A stretch of DNA of 54,634 nt, counting the filler, from Sluysia triapertura (Eukaryota), in the NCBI GenBank assembly GCA_046118255.1. It is 3 parts of 3 records of this genome, joined end to end, with 100 filler letters (N's around TTAATTAATTAA, not from the genome) between each part and the next. Parts side by side here need not be neighbours in the genome. Positions count along the whole stretch, not along the records: positions 34,425 to 54,634 come from JBJNIA010032156.1; 2 more parts are not named here. One strand, given 5' to 3'. Below are positions 36,141 to 51,449 of this stretch, piece by piece; positions within the stretch are counted from its first letter, which is position 1; every line of letters starts with the position of its first letter. The translations under genes and the position numbers were made by a program. Below the pieces are notes generated by a model. That model was not told the origin of the DNA, ran no database searches, and worked only from the letters and a program-made list of their open reading frames with translations.

Positions 36141-37427
36141 TTTACTCTAATGTTAATCGGAAGAAGTATTAAAGAACATAAACTTTTATAAAAGTAAGTT
36201 GCAATCAAAAAATGGTTTAAAGAAACATAAACATAAATATATCCGCTCATTCTGTAATTAAAGATTGTTCAAAAGATATCAAATATCTTCAAGTCATTTA
36301 AATCAAACGATACGGTGTTCGTGAAAGAAGTAGCTTCATCAAAATAAGAAAAATCAGAATTAATTAAGCAAATCAAATGGAGAAGAAATTAAAATGAAGA
36401 AATTACTTTAAAAACGGAATTGGAAAAATTAAAAAGAAAGCTAGGCAAGAATAGCATTTTGAAAGACAGTAATACAGTTCAGAAGTAATACCTTACCGAT
36501 AAACGTTGTTGCAAGAATACGTGAAAATGTCATCCGATAATTCTTTCAAAAATTGAATGAAAATTTAATTTTCGTACTGACTGTTTTGCTATCACATATA
36601 TGTAAGATTTTATATTTCTAAGTCTTCTTGTGGAAAATATTGTCAATTAAACTAATCTTCGAATCTCATTTATGTCGTAATAAGAAATAATGCACTTAAA
36701 GTTGTTTTAAGTATAAATCGGAAGATTTAATTCCATTTTATAAGGAAGATATCAACAAGACCTTGTGTTTTTGAATTTTCTTGTCTCAATTTATATACAG
36801 TTGTAAATTTTGTGCCGAAACAGATTCTGGTAAATCAAATCAATTTATATTTATGAATAATGTAAAATTAAACTAAGAAGAGATGAATGCTATATTATAT
36901 GCATTAAATCTTAAGATGCTCAAAGATGCATTCGAGTTTTTAAACTAGGGGATTCAAATAAAGGAAATTAAGTAGTTCAATAATAAATAAAAGTTCAAAT
37001 AATTCAGTAACAAAATTGTAAGTTTCTCAATATGTTTTTTATGTTTCAAAAGGTTTGATAATCGAAACAATGAAGGTAGCAGTTTTGTGATATTATGAGT
37101 TAATTTTCTATTCGATTGTACAGAATCACTACGTAGATGATTTAGAAATAAGTCATAATAAAAACAAAATTTTCGTTAAAATCAAAATTTATTTCTGCCA
37201 AGAACATTTTTTAAATTACTTTGTCAATAACTTTTTTCCACTCTAATGTTATATTTTATTTCGAATTTAAAAGGATTGAACGTTTAGTAATATTATCATA
37301 TAAAAATTTTATGATAATTTTTTATCTTTGTTTAAATATATAAATTATTGTAAGGTATACAGAAATAAGTAAAAAAAATTATATATTTTTCATATATAAT
37401 TATATATATATTATATAAATGATACTA

Positions 37428-37571
37428 AATAGTGAAAACGATTTTAAAAAGCTTTAAAAGTCATGCCTCTAAGAAGAATCAAAAATATCTGAAAAATTTT
37501 ATTTCTAAGAAAGAAATAATGCCAATGTATTGCGCACTTCTTCACTGAAGTTATTCATATAATTATTTGAG
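37428..37571 (+). pseudogene. RPL17: Second, more heavily deleted RPL17 relic
   Basis: Shares aatagtgaaaacgatt and gaaagaaata(g/a)tgcca with the 13911 copy. ALKVMPLRR..KYLKNFISKKEIMP resembles RPL17 [25 protein letters not shown]. Confidence 0.7.
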
Positions 37572-37631
37572 TGATTACCACGTCTTTTTAGAACGAATTA
37601 ATTAAGGCTTCGCCATTTTGAAAAATTATTG

Positions 37632-37790
37632 TCGTTATTATTATTTTATTATTATTAATATTATTATTTTAACATTTTTATCATTTTATTATTATTATCG
37701 TTATTATTATTTCTTTATTATTAATATTATTATTTTAACATTTTTATCATTTTATTATTATTATTGTTATTATTATTATTATTATTATTA
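37632..37790 (+). repeat. ~67-bp tandem duplication within an (ATT)-rich tract
   Basis: tattaatattattattttaacatttttatcattttattattattat occurs twice in tandem. Confidence 0.85.
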
Positions 37791-40700
37791 AAATAGAACG
37801 ATATTAATTTAACCTAACGTTCTTTTTTTATTACCTTCTTATGTAATGCTTTATAAATAAGAGGAAATTGTTGTTTCGAAATCCATGAATTAATATCTTT
37901 TATTGTGAATAGTAAAATAGATCCTTTCGAAGAATCCTCAGAATAAGATAATCCGAATTTTGTCATCTAAAACTGAAGAAGAATTACAAGGACTAAATGA
38001 ACCTCGTTCAAAAGGTGGTGAATTAATGATAGTTACTGAATAAGATCCAGCAGAAGAAAAAGATATTTATCATGATAAAAATAGAACAAAATTATAGAAT
38101 GAAGGCAGAGATGATGTAAGCTCAAATATAGTAAAAAGGATACGATTTGTTTGAAAAGATAAATTAATTAAAAAATGACGACATTTATCAAAGTTAAATG
38201 AAGAGCAACCACTTCTAATCAAGATTTCTATAATTTAAAAGAAATAAAAGCTCATTTTACAAAACATAATTATAGATCAGTTATTTTAAAAGAAGGTAGT
38301 GCTGAAAAATTAGTCGTAATATTAATAAAAATTTTCATTCAACAAATTAAAATTAAAATACTAACCATAATCAGTGTTTTAAAAACATAAACAATAATAT
38401 TTCATAATCAGAAGACATACTTGATGTTATTTTAAGTCGACAGTGGTCAGGAATCAATGCGTAAACCGTACTATCGTATTATCGATTACTTAATTCGTTA
38501 TTTCTATAACTAATTCGTTATTTCTATAATGTTCAAAGACACTAAAACTTTCCTCTAGTGAAGTTTACAAATAAGTTAAACTTGGAATCTCAATGTGAAG
38601 TGCAATGCAGTGATATTAAAGAATTTGCCAAATAATTAAATATTGATTCAAACTAGAATTAAAGATCCCAGACGAATCTTTTACTAGGATTGTTCAAAAA
38701 GTACTCATCTTGACAGTTTCAATCCAATACGATGCGTCAGGCCAAAGAAATTTAGTCAGATTTATTACTTTTTTCTCGTCTTCTTTCATTGCGCTTATCT
38801 CGATTTTCTTGCGTTAATGGTTTTCGTGATACTGGTATTGTTTTTTATACCGGTACTTGTCCATTTTTAAAGTAAATTGTTAGTAATATTGATAATATAT
38901 TTGAGCTTAATGAACCTACGTTCACTCTGCAACATTTTTGTTAGCCCTCACATTTCTTAGAATACGAAAATTATCAATATATACATTATCCTCTTTAATT
39001 TCAAAAATTATTCGTTGGCCTAACTTTTTTAATAATTGTATACTAAAATTGGCCACTTACCACAATCGATCGGCACGGCAACATTGGTTGGAGTACGAAA
39101 TTCGACCGGTGTATCAAAATCTTCATCCAACTGTAAACAAAAATTGTGGGCTGATACAGAATTAGATAATCAAATCAATTTATTTATGAAAGATGAAATA
39201 CCAATATAAAAAAATCTTAGAATTTTTAACTCATATGAATAGCATTTTTTACAAGTAGATATAATTTATAAAATGCAAGTCACATATAAACATCAGTTTG
39301 GTTCGATTTTATCAGATGTAACATCACCAAATGAAATACTAAACAAATTAAACGTACAAAATGTAATTCCAAAACATCCTTATATAAAAGATAATAATAA
39401 AATTACTGTTCTCAACATATCACAAGAAAGATGGGAAGCATTTGATCTAGGACATTATTATTGTATTAAACGACAGAATTGATAAAAATTGAAGAAAGAT
39501 AAAAATGGCTCACATACACCAATTTGATACATATTAGATAGTATCGACTCTTAATTTTTAATATGTTGTCTTACGTTGTTATTCATAATTATTTTTATTT
39601 ATTTATTTATGGTTGTTGGAGTATAAATAATATGTATAAAATATGTATAGTCCCTTTTAAAAATCTGTATCCAATTTATTAAAACCAAATACAAATTAAT
39701 GCTCACTCTAATCCATTAAATAATACTCACTCTAACCAACATGAAACACTTAACCAATCAAAACGATGTAATAAAAAGCAAGCCAAATCTAAATTTAATA
39801 TGATACTCGCCAACGACTTTTCAAAATGTGCTCATGCCAATAAACCAGTAAACAAGGTTAATTCAGTCAAAGGAAATTATTCATGTCGTGGATGATCACT
39901 TGTTTGTTGTAATTATTTACATGACACTTAAAGATTAATTCCCAATAGTTTACAAATAAGTTATAGTGAAGCTTATTCTTTCTGATAGTATAATTATGTA
40001 TCATAATATATATTTAAAATTCCATTTCGAGGCTTTTGTTGACCGCTCTCCATTAACAATGACCCTTTAGCCCTTTATTGTGTACTATATCACATAAAGT
40101 TGGAACCAAAAAAACTAGCTTAAAAATATGCTTAAGTGAGTCTGAAAATTTTAACTTTAAATAAATAAATATTTCAATTCAAATATACGTTAAATTTTTA
40201 ATATAATGATATATTACAAAACCTGTAAAAAAAGATGTTTCGAAAACTATCTTATTTCTTGCCACTGAAAAGTAACGAATATTTCATTGAAATTAGTTAT
40301 AAAATATTGACTCGTAGATTTATAAATGCATTTTAAAAGCATAAAAATTTCTGTCAATGTTATTTTCACATTAAGATGTAAAAATTTTTGTTTACATAAA
40401 CATTTAATCCATTAAACTTCTAAAACCAATGATGCTTTAAATAAAATAAAATGACTTTTGTCGTTCATTGATGACAGAATTTCGTAGATTTTCAGTCGAG
40501 TTGCATAATACATGGTTTAATTATTTGGATTCTGCATTTTATATGCATTACTATAGATTTTAATTTTAATTGTTTTTGAATAATAATCTTTTGAAGAAAA
40601 ATATTTCTTTGACACAATTTATTCGGACTAAAATAACAAAGCATTTACAAAAACTATGTAAAATAACTAACACATCTTAAAATTTTTTATTACTTTAATA

Positions 40701-41684
40701 ATAAGTATTTTATTAAGTATGTAATAAAATAAATGTTTTTAAGAATCAATAATTTTTTATTAATAATAAATTTTAATTACTTTGACTTTGATTAATAATT
40801 ACTCAACGTCATTTTGACGATAGTTCTCGAAGACGCCATGATTTATTATTTTTACAAACAATAAAAAAACAAAATAGGTAAAAACAACAGAATACAGATA
40901 TTGAATAATCAAAAAGTTATTAATCATCAATTCGATTATTTTAAAATATACTTTATCACTTTTTGACATTTCAGTGGGACTAAGAGGATTTTCTAATAAT
41001 GGTAAATTTAGATAAAGTCCTCATGATTGATTTGTTTTGCAATATATATGTCATGCTTGTTAAAAAGCACGACATTATTGTATCCTATAATTATAAAATG
41101 TCTTATTTATTTTTGTATTGATTTTATTAATAGTATAAATTAATTTTTAAATGATTTATCAATTTATTTGCAAAAAATAATGTTTAAATTACAAAAAAAA
41201 TAATCATAAATAAAAACAAAATTATATAAACTTAATAAATATGATGTGTTCAAATTTTACTAGAAAGTCATATGTTAATTATATATTCTTTTTTATTCAA
41301 AGTTATTTAAATGAAAAACAAAGATAATTAAAGTCTGTAAAGAAATATTAAACCTAGAAAATACAAAGAAGAAAAATAAAATTAAACAACGAAAATAGGT
41401 TTAAGAAATCATCTTTATAAATATTAAATAAAATAATTTTAAACATCTAAATAAGACAGATTTTTAAGTTTAGAATTTCGTGTTTGTAAATCAATGTCAA
41501 CTAGTTTTATAATGAATGATATAATAGTAATGTTAATAGTAATCACCCAATTTTTTATAAAAAAACATCACATGATTTAATAATAATAATTATTAAATAA
41601 TGAATTATTAATTATTAATATTTATAATTATTAAATTATTAATTGTCAATATAGAGACACGTAATATAGAGTTTAATACAGTAC

Positions 41685-41750
<66 letters not shown>
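41685..41750 (+). repeat. (ATT)n microsatellite
   Basis: Direct reading. Confidence 0.97.
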
Positions 41751-41751
<1 letters not shown>

Positions 41752-42212
41752 AAGTGTCATATTATTTTTCTTTTATATTGTACTGCTTTTATTTTACAAT
41801 TAATTTAGAAGTTAAGTTTTAGTTTTATTTTCAAAAATAACAAAAACGATGAAATTATTAACATTAATAATAATAAATACTCTTACAAAATTGTCCAAGA
41901 AAGTAATTCATTCTGTAACTGTTAAAAGTAATATAAAATAATCATATTAAATAGGTGTGACAAAATAAATATTCTAACATATCATTCTATTGTGCAATTA
42001 GGAAAATAATATTCAGATAATTTCTCATTTTTGCGGAATATAAATTTTATAATGTACAATAACTCATCTATAGTTTATCTTCACACGATTTATTTAAAAA
42101 ATATTTATTTTTATGATTATATTATAATGAATCTGAAGTTGACATAAAAATGTTTTAATGAAATTTTAAATTTCCACTTGAAACTAATTTCATAGTTTAG
42201 AAGGCTTTTCTG

Positions 42213-42863
42213 ACATTTTTAAGCTCTATATAACGAACAGCAACTTTCTACAAAATTCCATGTTCTTTAAAAAAATGAAGGACAAAATCTAATGATTATT
42301 TATTCATAAAACAAAATATGCTATTGTATTTATTTTTTCCTGAACAAAAGTCGACGATATCTTTTGGTTTTGTAAAAGCTAAAACTTTTTTCAATTGCTG
42401 GGTAGTGTCTTCAAAACTGTTTTTAAGTACATATTGCTCTATTTTTGGATATAACTTGAAACTTCCAGACGGGTGACCTCGGATAAGAATCGCTTTGAGT
42501 AAGTTCATCTTCAGCATCACTATTTTTAATCTTTTCAATAAATTCTTGATCAAAAGCTGGAAATTTCTCATTTTCTTTTTCAATAGAAGCTTTCACATAT
42601 TTATTAGACTTCAATCTTGAGAATGCTTTTCAAAACAGTTTTTAATCGTACCGGATCCAACGAATTCCAAGCATGGGACATTACGGGGATAATTTTTGCC
42701 ATATTAAAATATTTTATTAAATCACCATACTCAATATCGGTGTGTTTGGACTTGTATTTTGCTTTTAAAGAACGAATAATATCTTGATCATATGGTTGCA
42801 ACTAATAGTTGTGTTTTGGAGCCCAGTTCGATAAGTAGAGTTCGATAAGTAGAGGCCTAACTG
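42213..42863 (-). mobile_element. pogo/Tigger internal-deletion relic retaining the end of the DDE domain
   Basis: Minus strand NTT..LQPYDQDIIRSLKAKY (QPxDQGII motif) and HAWNSL. TIR TA|CAGTTAGGCCTCTACTTATCGAAC at 42840-42865 (minus), with a degenerate partner ctctatataacgaac at ~42224-42238. Confidence 0.85.
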
Positions 42864-44599
42864 TATTAAAAATTTTCAATGAATAATCTAATTTTATTTT
42901 GTAATCACATTTAAAAAATATTCAAAATTTAAAAAATATTCACATTTAAAAAATATGTATCAAAAAATATGTCATTTGATACATAAATGACAAAACAAAA
43001 ATATTTTAATTCTTTACTCTGATCGATGATTAGCACTAAATTTTAATTCTACCTCAACATTAATGAGCAATAACTTTCATAATCTCATAGTGTTTTGAAA
43101 AAGTTTTTACTAAACGGCAAATGTTTTTAAGGTTTGCCAATTATATACGTAAATATTTACTTAATACAAACCAGTTCAAAGAATTTAAGTTATTTCTTTA
43201 TGAGTAGATAATAAAAAATTGTCCATGAATCAGTCTACACAAAGACTCTACTAAAATCCTATTTAAGACATACTTAAGAAAATATTCTTTTTGTATTCTT
43301 AATATATTCAACCCTTTCGTTACAAAACATATATGAAAATAATTAATAAAAATTTAATTATCAGGTTGAATAAACCTAATCGAACTTAGAAAAAAGACTA
43401 TCCATGATTAGACATAGACTTAAAGGATTAATAAAAGTCACTTAATATTTATATTTGAACCTTAATATATACATGAATAAATTTTCAAGATTTATTATTA
43501 GAAATATCTTTATTTTTGAAAAGTAAAAATATAAACTGTAATACTTATATTATACAATTTATGTAAATAATTTCTAATAAATTTATAGTTTATAAATAGA
43601 ATTTGTCCATATATTTTTATTTAATGTCTATTTTTTATTTAATTAATTATGAACTAACGAATAATTATTTATAAGAAATAAATCTAAAAATTAAAAATTT
43701 TAATAATGATGATTTATTGTCTTGTAAATTTATTATAATTATCGTTTTTGACTTATATATTTATTAATCAAACATTTATTTATTTTATCTTAGTTTCTCA
43801 AAAAATATACTATTATGATTATTATTATTATTATTAGTGTTATTACTTATAATTACTTATATTTCTACAAAAATTAATTAATATAACGCATAATTTATAT
43901 ATTTATAAATACATAATATTTGAGAAAGCACAAGTTTTAAAGAATTTTAATTAATTAAATTAATTTTATATTATTGTTATTATTAAATAAATATATTAAT
44001 CATAAAATTAAAATATATTAATAATATATATTATTAATATAATAAAAATTAATTGTCAGTATTAATAAAATAAAATTTTTAAATATATAAAATTATTTCA
44101 AAGTTTTATTTTTTTATTCTAAAAATTAATTAATTTTATTTAAAATTTAATTTAAAAGATTTATTCAATTTTGCAATTAAATAAATATAACAAAAATTAA
44201 TTAAACATATTAAGTACATTTTAATATAATGTATTTTAAAATATAAATTAATTAAAGTACATTAGTCTTCGTAATTCCTTTAAATTTATAACGATAATTT
44301 ATATAATAATTTTTATAAATTTAATAAAATAAATGTTTGTTTAAAATGAAATCTTGCTTAAGAGCAATGATTTTAATAGTCAAAAGTGCAATCATAAAAT
44401 AAAACCTTTCATAATAGTGCTACTGTTTATTTTTATAATCGGACACAAAACAATCATGATACATAATGTCATGGCTCAGCTTATAACATTTAAATTTATT
44501 ACTCAAAAAATTGCAAACACTTCATAATCCACAAAGAAATAAGAAAATCCATAGTTTTTAAATATTTCAAAACACAACCCATAAAACGCTCAATAAAAC

Positions 44600-44830
44600 C
44601 TTTAAATTCAATCACAGAATCTAATTATAAATTCATATCATATTTTAGATCACCAAATAACACCATTTCACAAAAGAAAATCGGTACATCATATCATAAA
44701 CAGATGTAAATATAATACCCAAGATCTAAATGCTAAATAGAGAAACAAAAACACCACACAACCATAATCACATATTCAGAGATCATCAAATAGTCTTTCA
44801 CACATCTTTCATGTTATAACATTAACACCC
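44600..44830 (+). repeat. Dispersed repeat, homolog of 20400-20700 (inverted)
   Basis: Shares the blocks listed for 20400-20700. Confidence 0.75.
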
Positions 44831-47800
44831 AATCAACTTATAACGTTTAAAATTATTTTATCAATCACTTGAATTTTAATAAATTTCACTAGATGATTAT
44901 TTATGGAAAAATATTACTGCAAAAATAGATTTAATAAATTTTATTAATAAATTGGAGTTATGAAGATGGATGATGCTTGCGATATATTAAATGATGATTT
45001 AGTTGATTTAACAAAAAAACATCGCTAAGAATATTTTGGATGAAATAGATTTTTTGGATTTTCTGCAAAATATTACTTACGATTTTACTCCACATCAATT
45101 CATAAAAAGTGACTTTAAAAATTTAAACACAACACCTAATTATTATGACAATAAAAATGAATTGGAGAATCAAATTGTAATATATGATAATAAATGTATT
45201 AATAGAATTCAAAGCAACTTTCCAAGTGTGATACCAAGTTCTTAATTTTCACAATAACCGTAATAATAATTATAATAATAATAAATTAAATTCATTATAA
45301 TTGATATAAATAAATTTCTCTAACAACCAATGAACTGTTTGTACCAATTCACATTTCATTGGAGCACAGGGTTTTATTATAGATTTCGAATTTTGTTTTA
45401 AGATTCCGCAATATAGTTTTGTTGTGATTTGGAAATGTTAATTCTTTAAATGTTTTGGTGGCGTTTGAATGTTTATTTCATATGGGCTAGTTAAAAATCT
45501 TAACAAATAAAAAGAAGAACATAGAAAATGCACAAAATTATACTTACATGTTATATGAACTAAAACAATTTGAAAATAGACACATATTTAGACCAATGAC
45601 ACCGCATTAGAGCTAAGGGATTGGACAACACAATGATTTCTGGAAAGTAATAATCTTAATCTTTTTCATTAGGTGAGTTGAATTTTTTAGAAAAATTTGC
45701 TTTAGAAATTGCTTTATCGATCAGAAAAAATCAGAAGAAAGTACTCATGAATCTTTACGAAAAAGTAGTTCAACTGCTGTTACGACTACAGAACAATTGC
45801 GAACCGTCCATTTCCACCTGGAAGGTGTAGAATCATTAAGGCCAAGGTAACTTTAGTGTTCCTTGATAGCGGTAAAGTTGGTAGAATTAACATTTTTGAG
45901 TTCTTGTATCCTGCGGTTTGTATCTAACAGGTATATTTATGAACTCTGAAAAAACTTGTAATTTGTGCTGTTCCGTTTGATATTCTGAGGTGATGACGAT
46001 GTAGTAATGGGGATTATCTATATTATTTTTCGTTTGCATTTTTTTTCTTTTTTTCAAGAATTACAAATCATTTCAAGAATTTTTTTTCCTTTCTTATCAA
46101 ATTTTTATTCTCAAAACTTTTTAATTGTATCATTATTTTTTTGTTATGTAACTTTTCATCTAATCATGTTAGTCGATTACTTGCACGCAAGATGACAAAG
46201 TATATTCTAGTAATTGCTTTGACAGCCACTACGATTTTTTTATGTAATTTTAATTAACATATTTATTAATGTCATTATTATTATCACTATTAAAACTCAA
46301 CATCAAACTCAAAAATTGCAGACGAAATTGGATAAATAAGACATTTCAAATATGTTTATGAATAAAGAATATCTTCTTGGATACAATATATTAAAACTGA
46401 AGTTCACAGGTATTTGAGCAAACAAATCGTGAAGGATTTATCCGAATATGTAGAAGTCTTAAAATAAAGTATGTGGTAATTTGATGTGTTAAGAATTGAT
46501 AGCCTTATTGTGCAATCTAAATTTGTCAAGTTTATCATAATTTTATGAATAAGTAGGAATTTATGTGCAGAATTCTCTAACACAATTGTTGTTTGATATT
46601 CTTGTAATGTGTTTATAAGGGCGAAATATAATTTTGTACCAATGTTGAAGGTTAAATAGTTGAAATTGTTTGTGATTCTTGATTATTTTAAGTTTCTGGA
46701 AAAGTAATGTAAATGAGTTTTTATTGGTTAGTTAAGTTTTCCGAAAATACTAAGTGTTTCTTATGTTCTCTGTTGGGTTTTGTGAACTGTTGAATGTTGA
46801 TAGAATTATTTAAAGATTGTACATTTGTGCTAGCGAAGTAGTTTGCGAAATTGAGTGAACAAAATTACGAATTGAGACACCACATTTTGCAAAAAAAATT
46901 AGAATTAGACCAGACGTACAAATAAAATTCTATAAAATCATAAAATTAAAATTATATTTTTAAAAGAAGAATATTTTGTGCTTTTTGATTGAGTATTATA
47001 AATGATCAACGAAAAGAATTCATTTTGCTACGGAATATCTATTGTTCGTATAAAGTCTTTTGTCTTATATATATTATAAATTTCTTTAAAATGATATTTC
47101 GTCGAATACATGTGACCGTCAAAAATTACTTAATGGAAAGGTAAGTATTGCGTTTAAATTTTAGTTTATCATTGTAATGTTATTTAAAAATTAAATTATT
47201 TATGTTTTTTGAAATGTTTATGTTTGTGAACATTTAAATTAATTGAGTGATCTAGTCTGAAAGAAATTAAAAGTAAATGTAATTCATTTATGCCTATAAT
47301 TTCTTTGATAACACTGTTGCTCATCATTTTTAATAAAAATAACAGCTACCAGCTCAGGAATACAGCTTTATTACTATTTGGAACCTCATCCCTTCTATTA
47401 CTTTAAAATTCATGATTTTAACTTTATGGATCAGAATCATCCTAAATAAAAAGCAAATATGACGTTTATATAAAATAAAAAGACTAAAATGGCATACATA
47501 AAAATGAATTTTAACAATCATAAGATGAATACTTTATTTGTCTTTCCAGTTGACTAATATTATTTTCATGCTTCTTAATAAAATCAAAAGAGTGATGCAA
47601 TACTTCCAAATATTCATTGATATGTTTTACGTCAATAGTAATGTGTAATTCATTTAGCTTATCATCTTGTGATCCTTGACATCAAGCTCATTACTTTTAG
47701 ATTTAATCTATTCAATAAGTTTCTAAACCATCTGAACAAATCTATTAATTCCAAGAGCATGTCCATAAAGAAAATGTATGATATAAGTTATGATTTTGTT

Positions 47801-50800
47801 CAGAAATTGGTATAAAATTTCACTATCATTATTATGGTTGTATATAAATATTGTTAGAAGGTTTTAGGGTGTTGAATGTGAGGAAAATTGTAAAATGTTT
47901 AAGATTTATATGATTTAATTAAAAATTCTGTTAATTGTGTTGTGGGTGCAAATTATATTGTTATTAAGTTATTTTTGCAATAAAATCAGTTGTAATGATT
48001 TGGACCACCACATTGTCTTTTAGTCATCTTACGTAATCTCAAAAATAATAATGTAAAGACAGAATTTGTCAATAAATAAAAAACAATTATCACTATTTGT
48101 ATTTATCTCAGTTTCGATATTAATTTGCTACCAATAACAATGCATCTGCAATATCGCATGATTCGTTTACAACTTTGGGATATGGTTTATAATTTTATTT
48201 TAAGTTATAAAATTAATTCAAGATTCGTCAGTGACAATAAAATGGTTTGACAATATCAGCACTGAAATAATTAGTAATCCAATTACCAAGTTGATATGTA
48301 TTTATTTTGTCGATGAAAGAAATTTGTTTACTGAGAATGCAGAAATAAATGTCCATGAATCAAACCTATGTTTATAGAAAACAATACTCGATCTAGCCAC
48401 AACAATATGCCAAATAATTATTGAAGCAGAAAGTAGAAGAAAATCCTTAATTTAACGTAAAGATTATCTTGATCTGGATATTACCGGACCCAAATCTCAA
48501 TGTGTCCATTTGTTTCAATTTATTAATCTATCAATTTGTTTATTATTGTTTTATGGTAGATCTAATTCCTATTAACTTAAATGCAAATTTTTGGCGCGCA
48601 ATAATTAGAAATAATAGTTCAAATAATATAAAGTCAGTTTTCAAGCAAGTTAGTGTGAAATATTGCTATATAGATTGAAATAAATGTGAGCCAAAGTTTG
48701 AAAGTGTATTGTATCTCAAGTAAAGTATTAAATTATAACTTTATTAAATTATAATAAAGTAGAGCATAAAAATGGTTTTCTTTCAAGTTATATATTTAAT
48801 TCAAATTCATTTAAAAGACTCATGATTAGAAATGGATTCTTTTGTGTTTTAGAAGAAAGTATTGATTAAGTAATGTTTCAGAGTAATTTTTAATTACACC
48901 AATCACATTATCATCAATAATTTAAAGGAATGAAATACAATAACAATTACATAATAAGAAACACTTATTATTTAGTTCTCTTATGAAAGTATTGAGTAAA
49001 ATATATAAGAGACGCATTCCAATCCATAATTTCTACTCGGCTTGATCAAGTTCATTCCCAAACTTATATCAATCCTAACTTTTAAACATAACAACACATT
49101 AATCAATACAAAACAAAATCATTTATTTTTCATTCATTTATATGACCAAACGTTAAGATTAATGGGATTAATATTGATTTATTATTGATTTTAATTATTT
49201 GAAATAATTTTGTTTTAATAAGTCGTTATCAGATATAGAAAAAAGAAAACATGTATATTATTATTATTATTATTTGAAAATCCTTTTTAATTAATTTGCT
49301 TTTGTTCTGTTAGTTTTAAAAGATTTTCTGAATATTGGAATTATAGATATATTATCATTTATATGCAAAATTCAGTCTGCTACTTTGAATTTATAATTTT
49401 ATAATTATTACAACCGATTACAATTTAAATTACATAAACATTTAAACAATCTGTGACAAATTTCAATGTGGAGAAAATTTTCATAAACTGTTAACAATGA
49501 TTAATAAAAATTACAATGCAAAATATAATATTTTATAAATGATACCTATCTAAAAATATGTTTTATACAAAATACGCCCTTGCAAGATTACAAAATTAAA
49601 ATAATAATAAATTATAAAATTACATTAAAATCAAAGTATAATTTTTAAATAAATCTCAAATATTTCAGTAATCGCAAAATAAATTAATAATCTACAAATG
49701 AAAAAATAAAATAAGTATTTTATAATGTCTTAAAATCATAAAATAATGGAATAAAATTTAAATAGAAAACCATAAACACAAATCTGAGTTTGGTGCATCT
49801 ACTAATTAATCACAAAATTCTGATGAAAAGGAAACAATGAATATTAACAAACAAAACTAAACAAATAACTGGAAATTAATGTAGATCAATGTATGTATAG
49901 ATTGTTAATATTACAGTAAATAATTAGCAAAATGAAATTAAGCCTTATCACTCCAAGAATTTTATAGGATATTTTATAGCCAACTCCAAACATATTTTGT
50001 TGAAGTGATTAAAAAAGACGCTACATAGATTTTTTAAGAAGTAGTAATTTGTTATAAATATTGAGTAAACACAATACAAAGATTTTAATTAATATTTTAC
50101 ATTGCAGAAATATTGTTGGTTGGAATGATATTAGTAAAATAACTGTAGAAAGAAATTACCCATGTAAAATATACTATAGAGAAAATTAATTACATATTAT
50201 TTGTTATAGAATGAATCTAAAAAATAATTTTCCATAATATAAAGATATAACAAAAATAAATAAATTAGAAATAAAATATAAATACAACCAATAAAATAAC
50301 TTTCAACAAAGCCGCAAAAAAAGAGGAAACAAATAAAGGAAAGTTATCATTTCTAATATTTTATATTCAGAACGAATTTGCTACCACTGCATTGCAGAGT
50401 AATAATAATGATGATAATGATTTCGATGATAATAATAACTTTAATTATATTATATTATACTAATATTAATAATTTTAATAAATACAATAATTTACTACTT
50501 AAAATAATATGTAAATATTAATAAAATAAAAATTAAATTCTAAATAAAATAATCATAACGAGAAAGTATGGTAAGAATCATTATAACCATAATTTCTCAT
50601 GTTTTAAAACAACCTTTTTAAATATTGAAGTTAAGAGTTAATTTTAAGTTTGATGTACTTTAAATAAACTTATGGTCATACATTTATTACATGCTTTGTT
50701 AGTGTCCAATGAGGATGCAAATGAAAGATCTTTGAAGGACTTTGTGCATCGGAGATTGTGGATAGTGCAGATATAGTCAGGATGGTACGCATGAATTAAC

Positions 50801-51449
50801 GCAGAAGTGACATCAAAATAAGATATATAACAATTATTGTTAAGATGAAATATGTTTGTAGCACTGTATGAGATATTTGAAGAGAACTTAATGTGATTCA
50901 AATTAGTACAGAAAAGAAATACGATAAGAGAAGCAGGAGAATGAACACATTCTTTATTGAACTTACTGTATAATCTTAATAAACTGCAAGATTTGTGCGA
51001 GATTTTATATTAAAAATGCAATCGTGAGTCTCCTACGATCTTAGACTTACACAATTAAGGGCTAAGTCGTAAGTAGTAATAACAATGGTTAATTGAAGTT
51101 GATTAATATATAATTTCAGTGTTAATTCTAAATCTGATATTTTGTTCTGAAATTTGTTTATTAAGTTATGATAAAAATTAATAATTAAAATTTATTAGGT
51201 GGTAATTTAAGTAGGATTTTTCTACCGCATACTAAAAACGGTATTCTAAATCAATTAGTCTAATTATAAATTTACGTCAGTGTTTACAACCGTATAGTAT
51301 AAACGGTATTCCTTATTTATTATTTTCAAATAATCAATTTAGACAACGTACAATACGAATTCTATCCAATTCAGGACTTAAATCATTTTTTTTAAATTAC
51401 ACATATTTTCATCTAAAATCTTTCATTAGATTCAGCTAATAATTTACTA

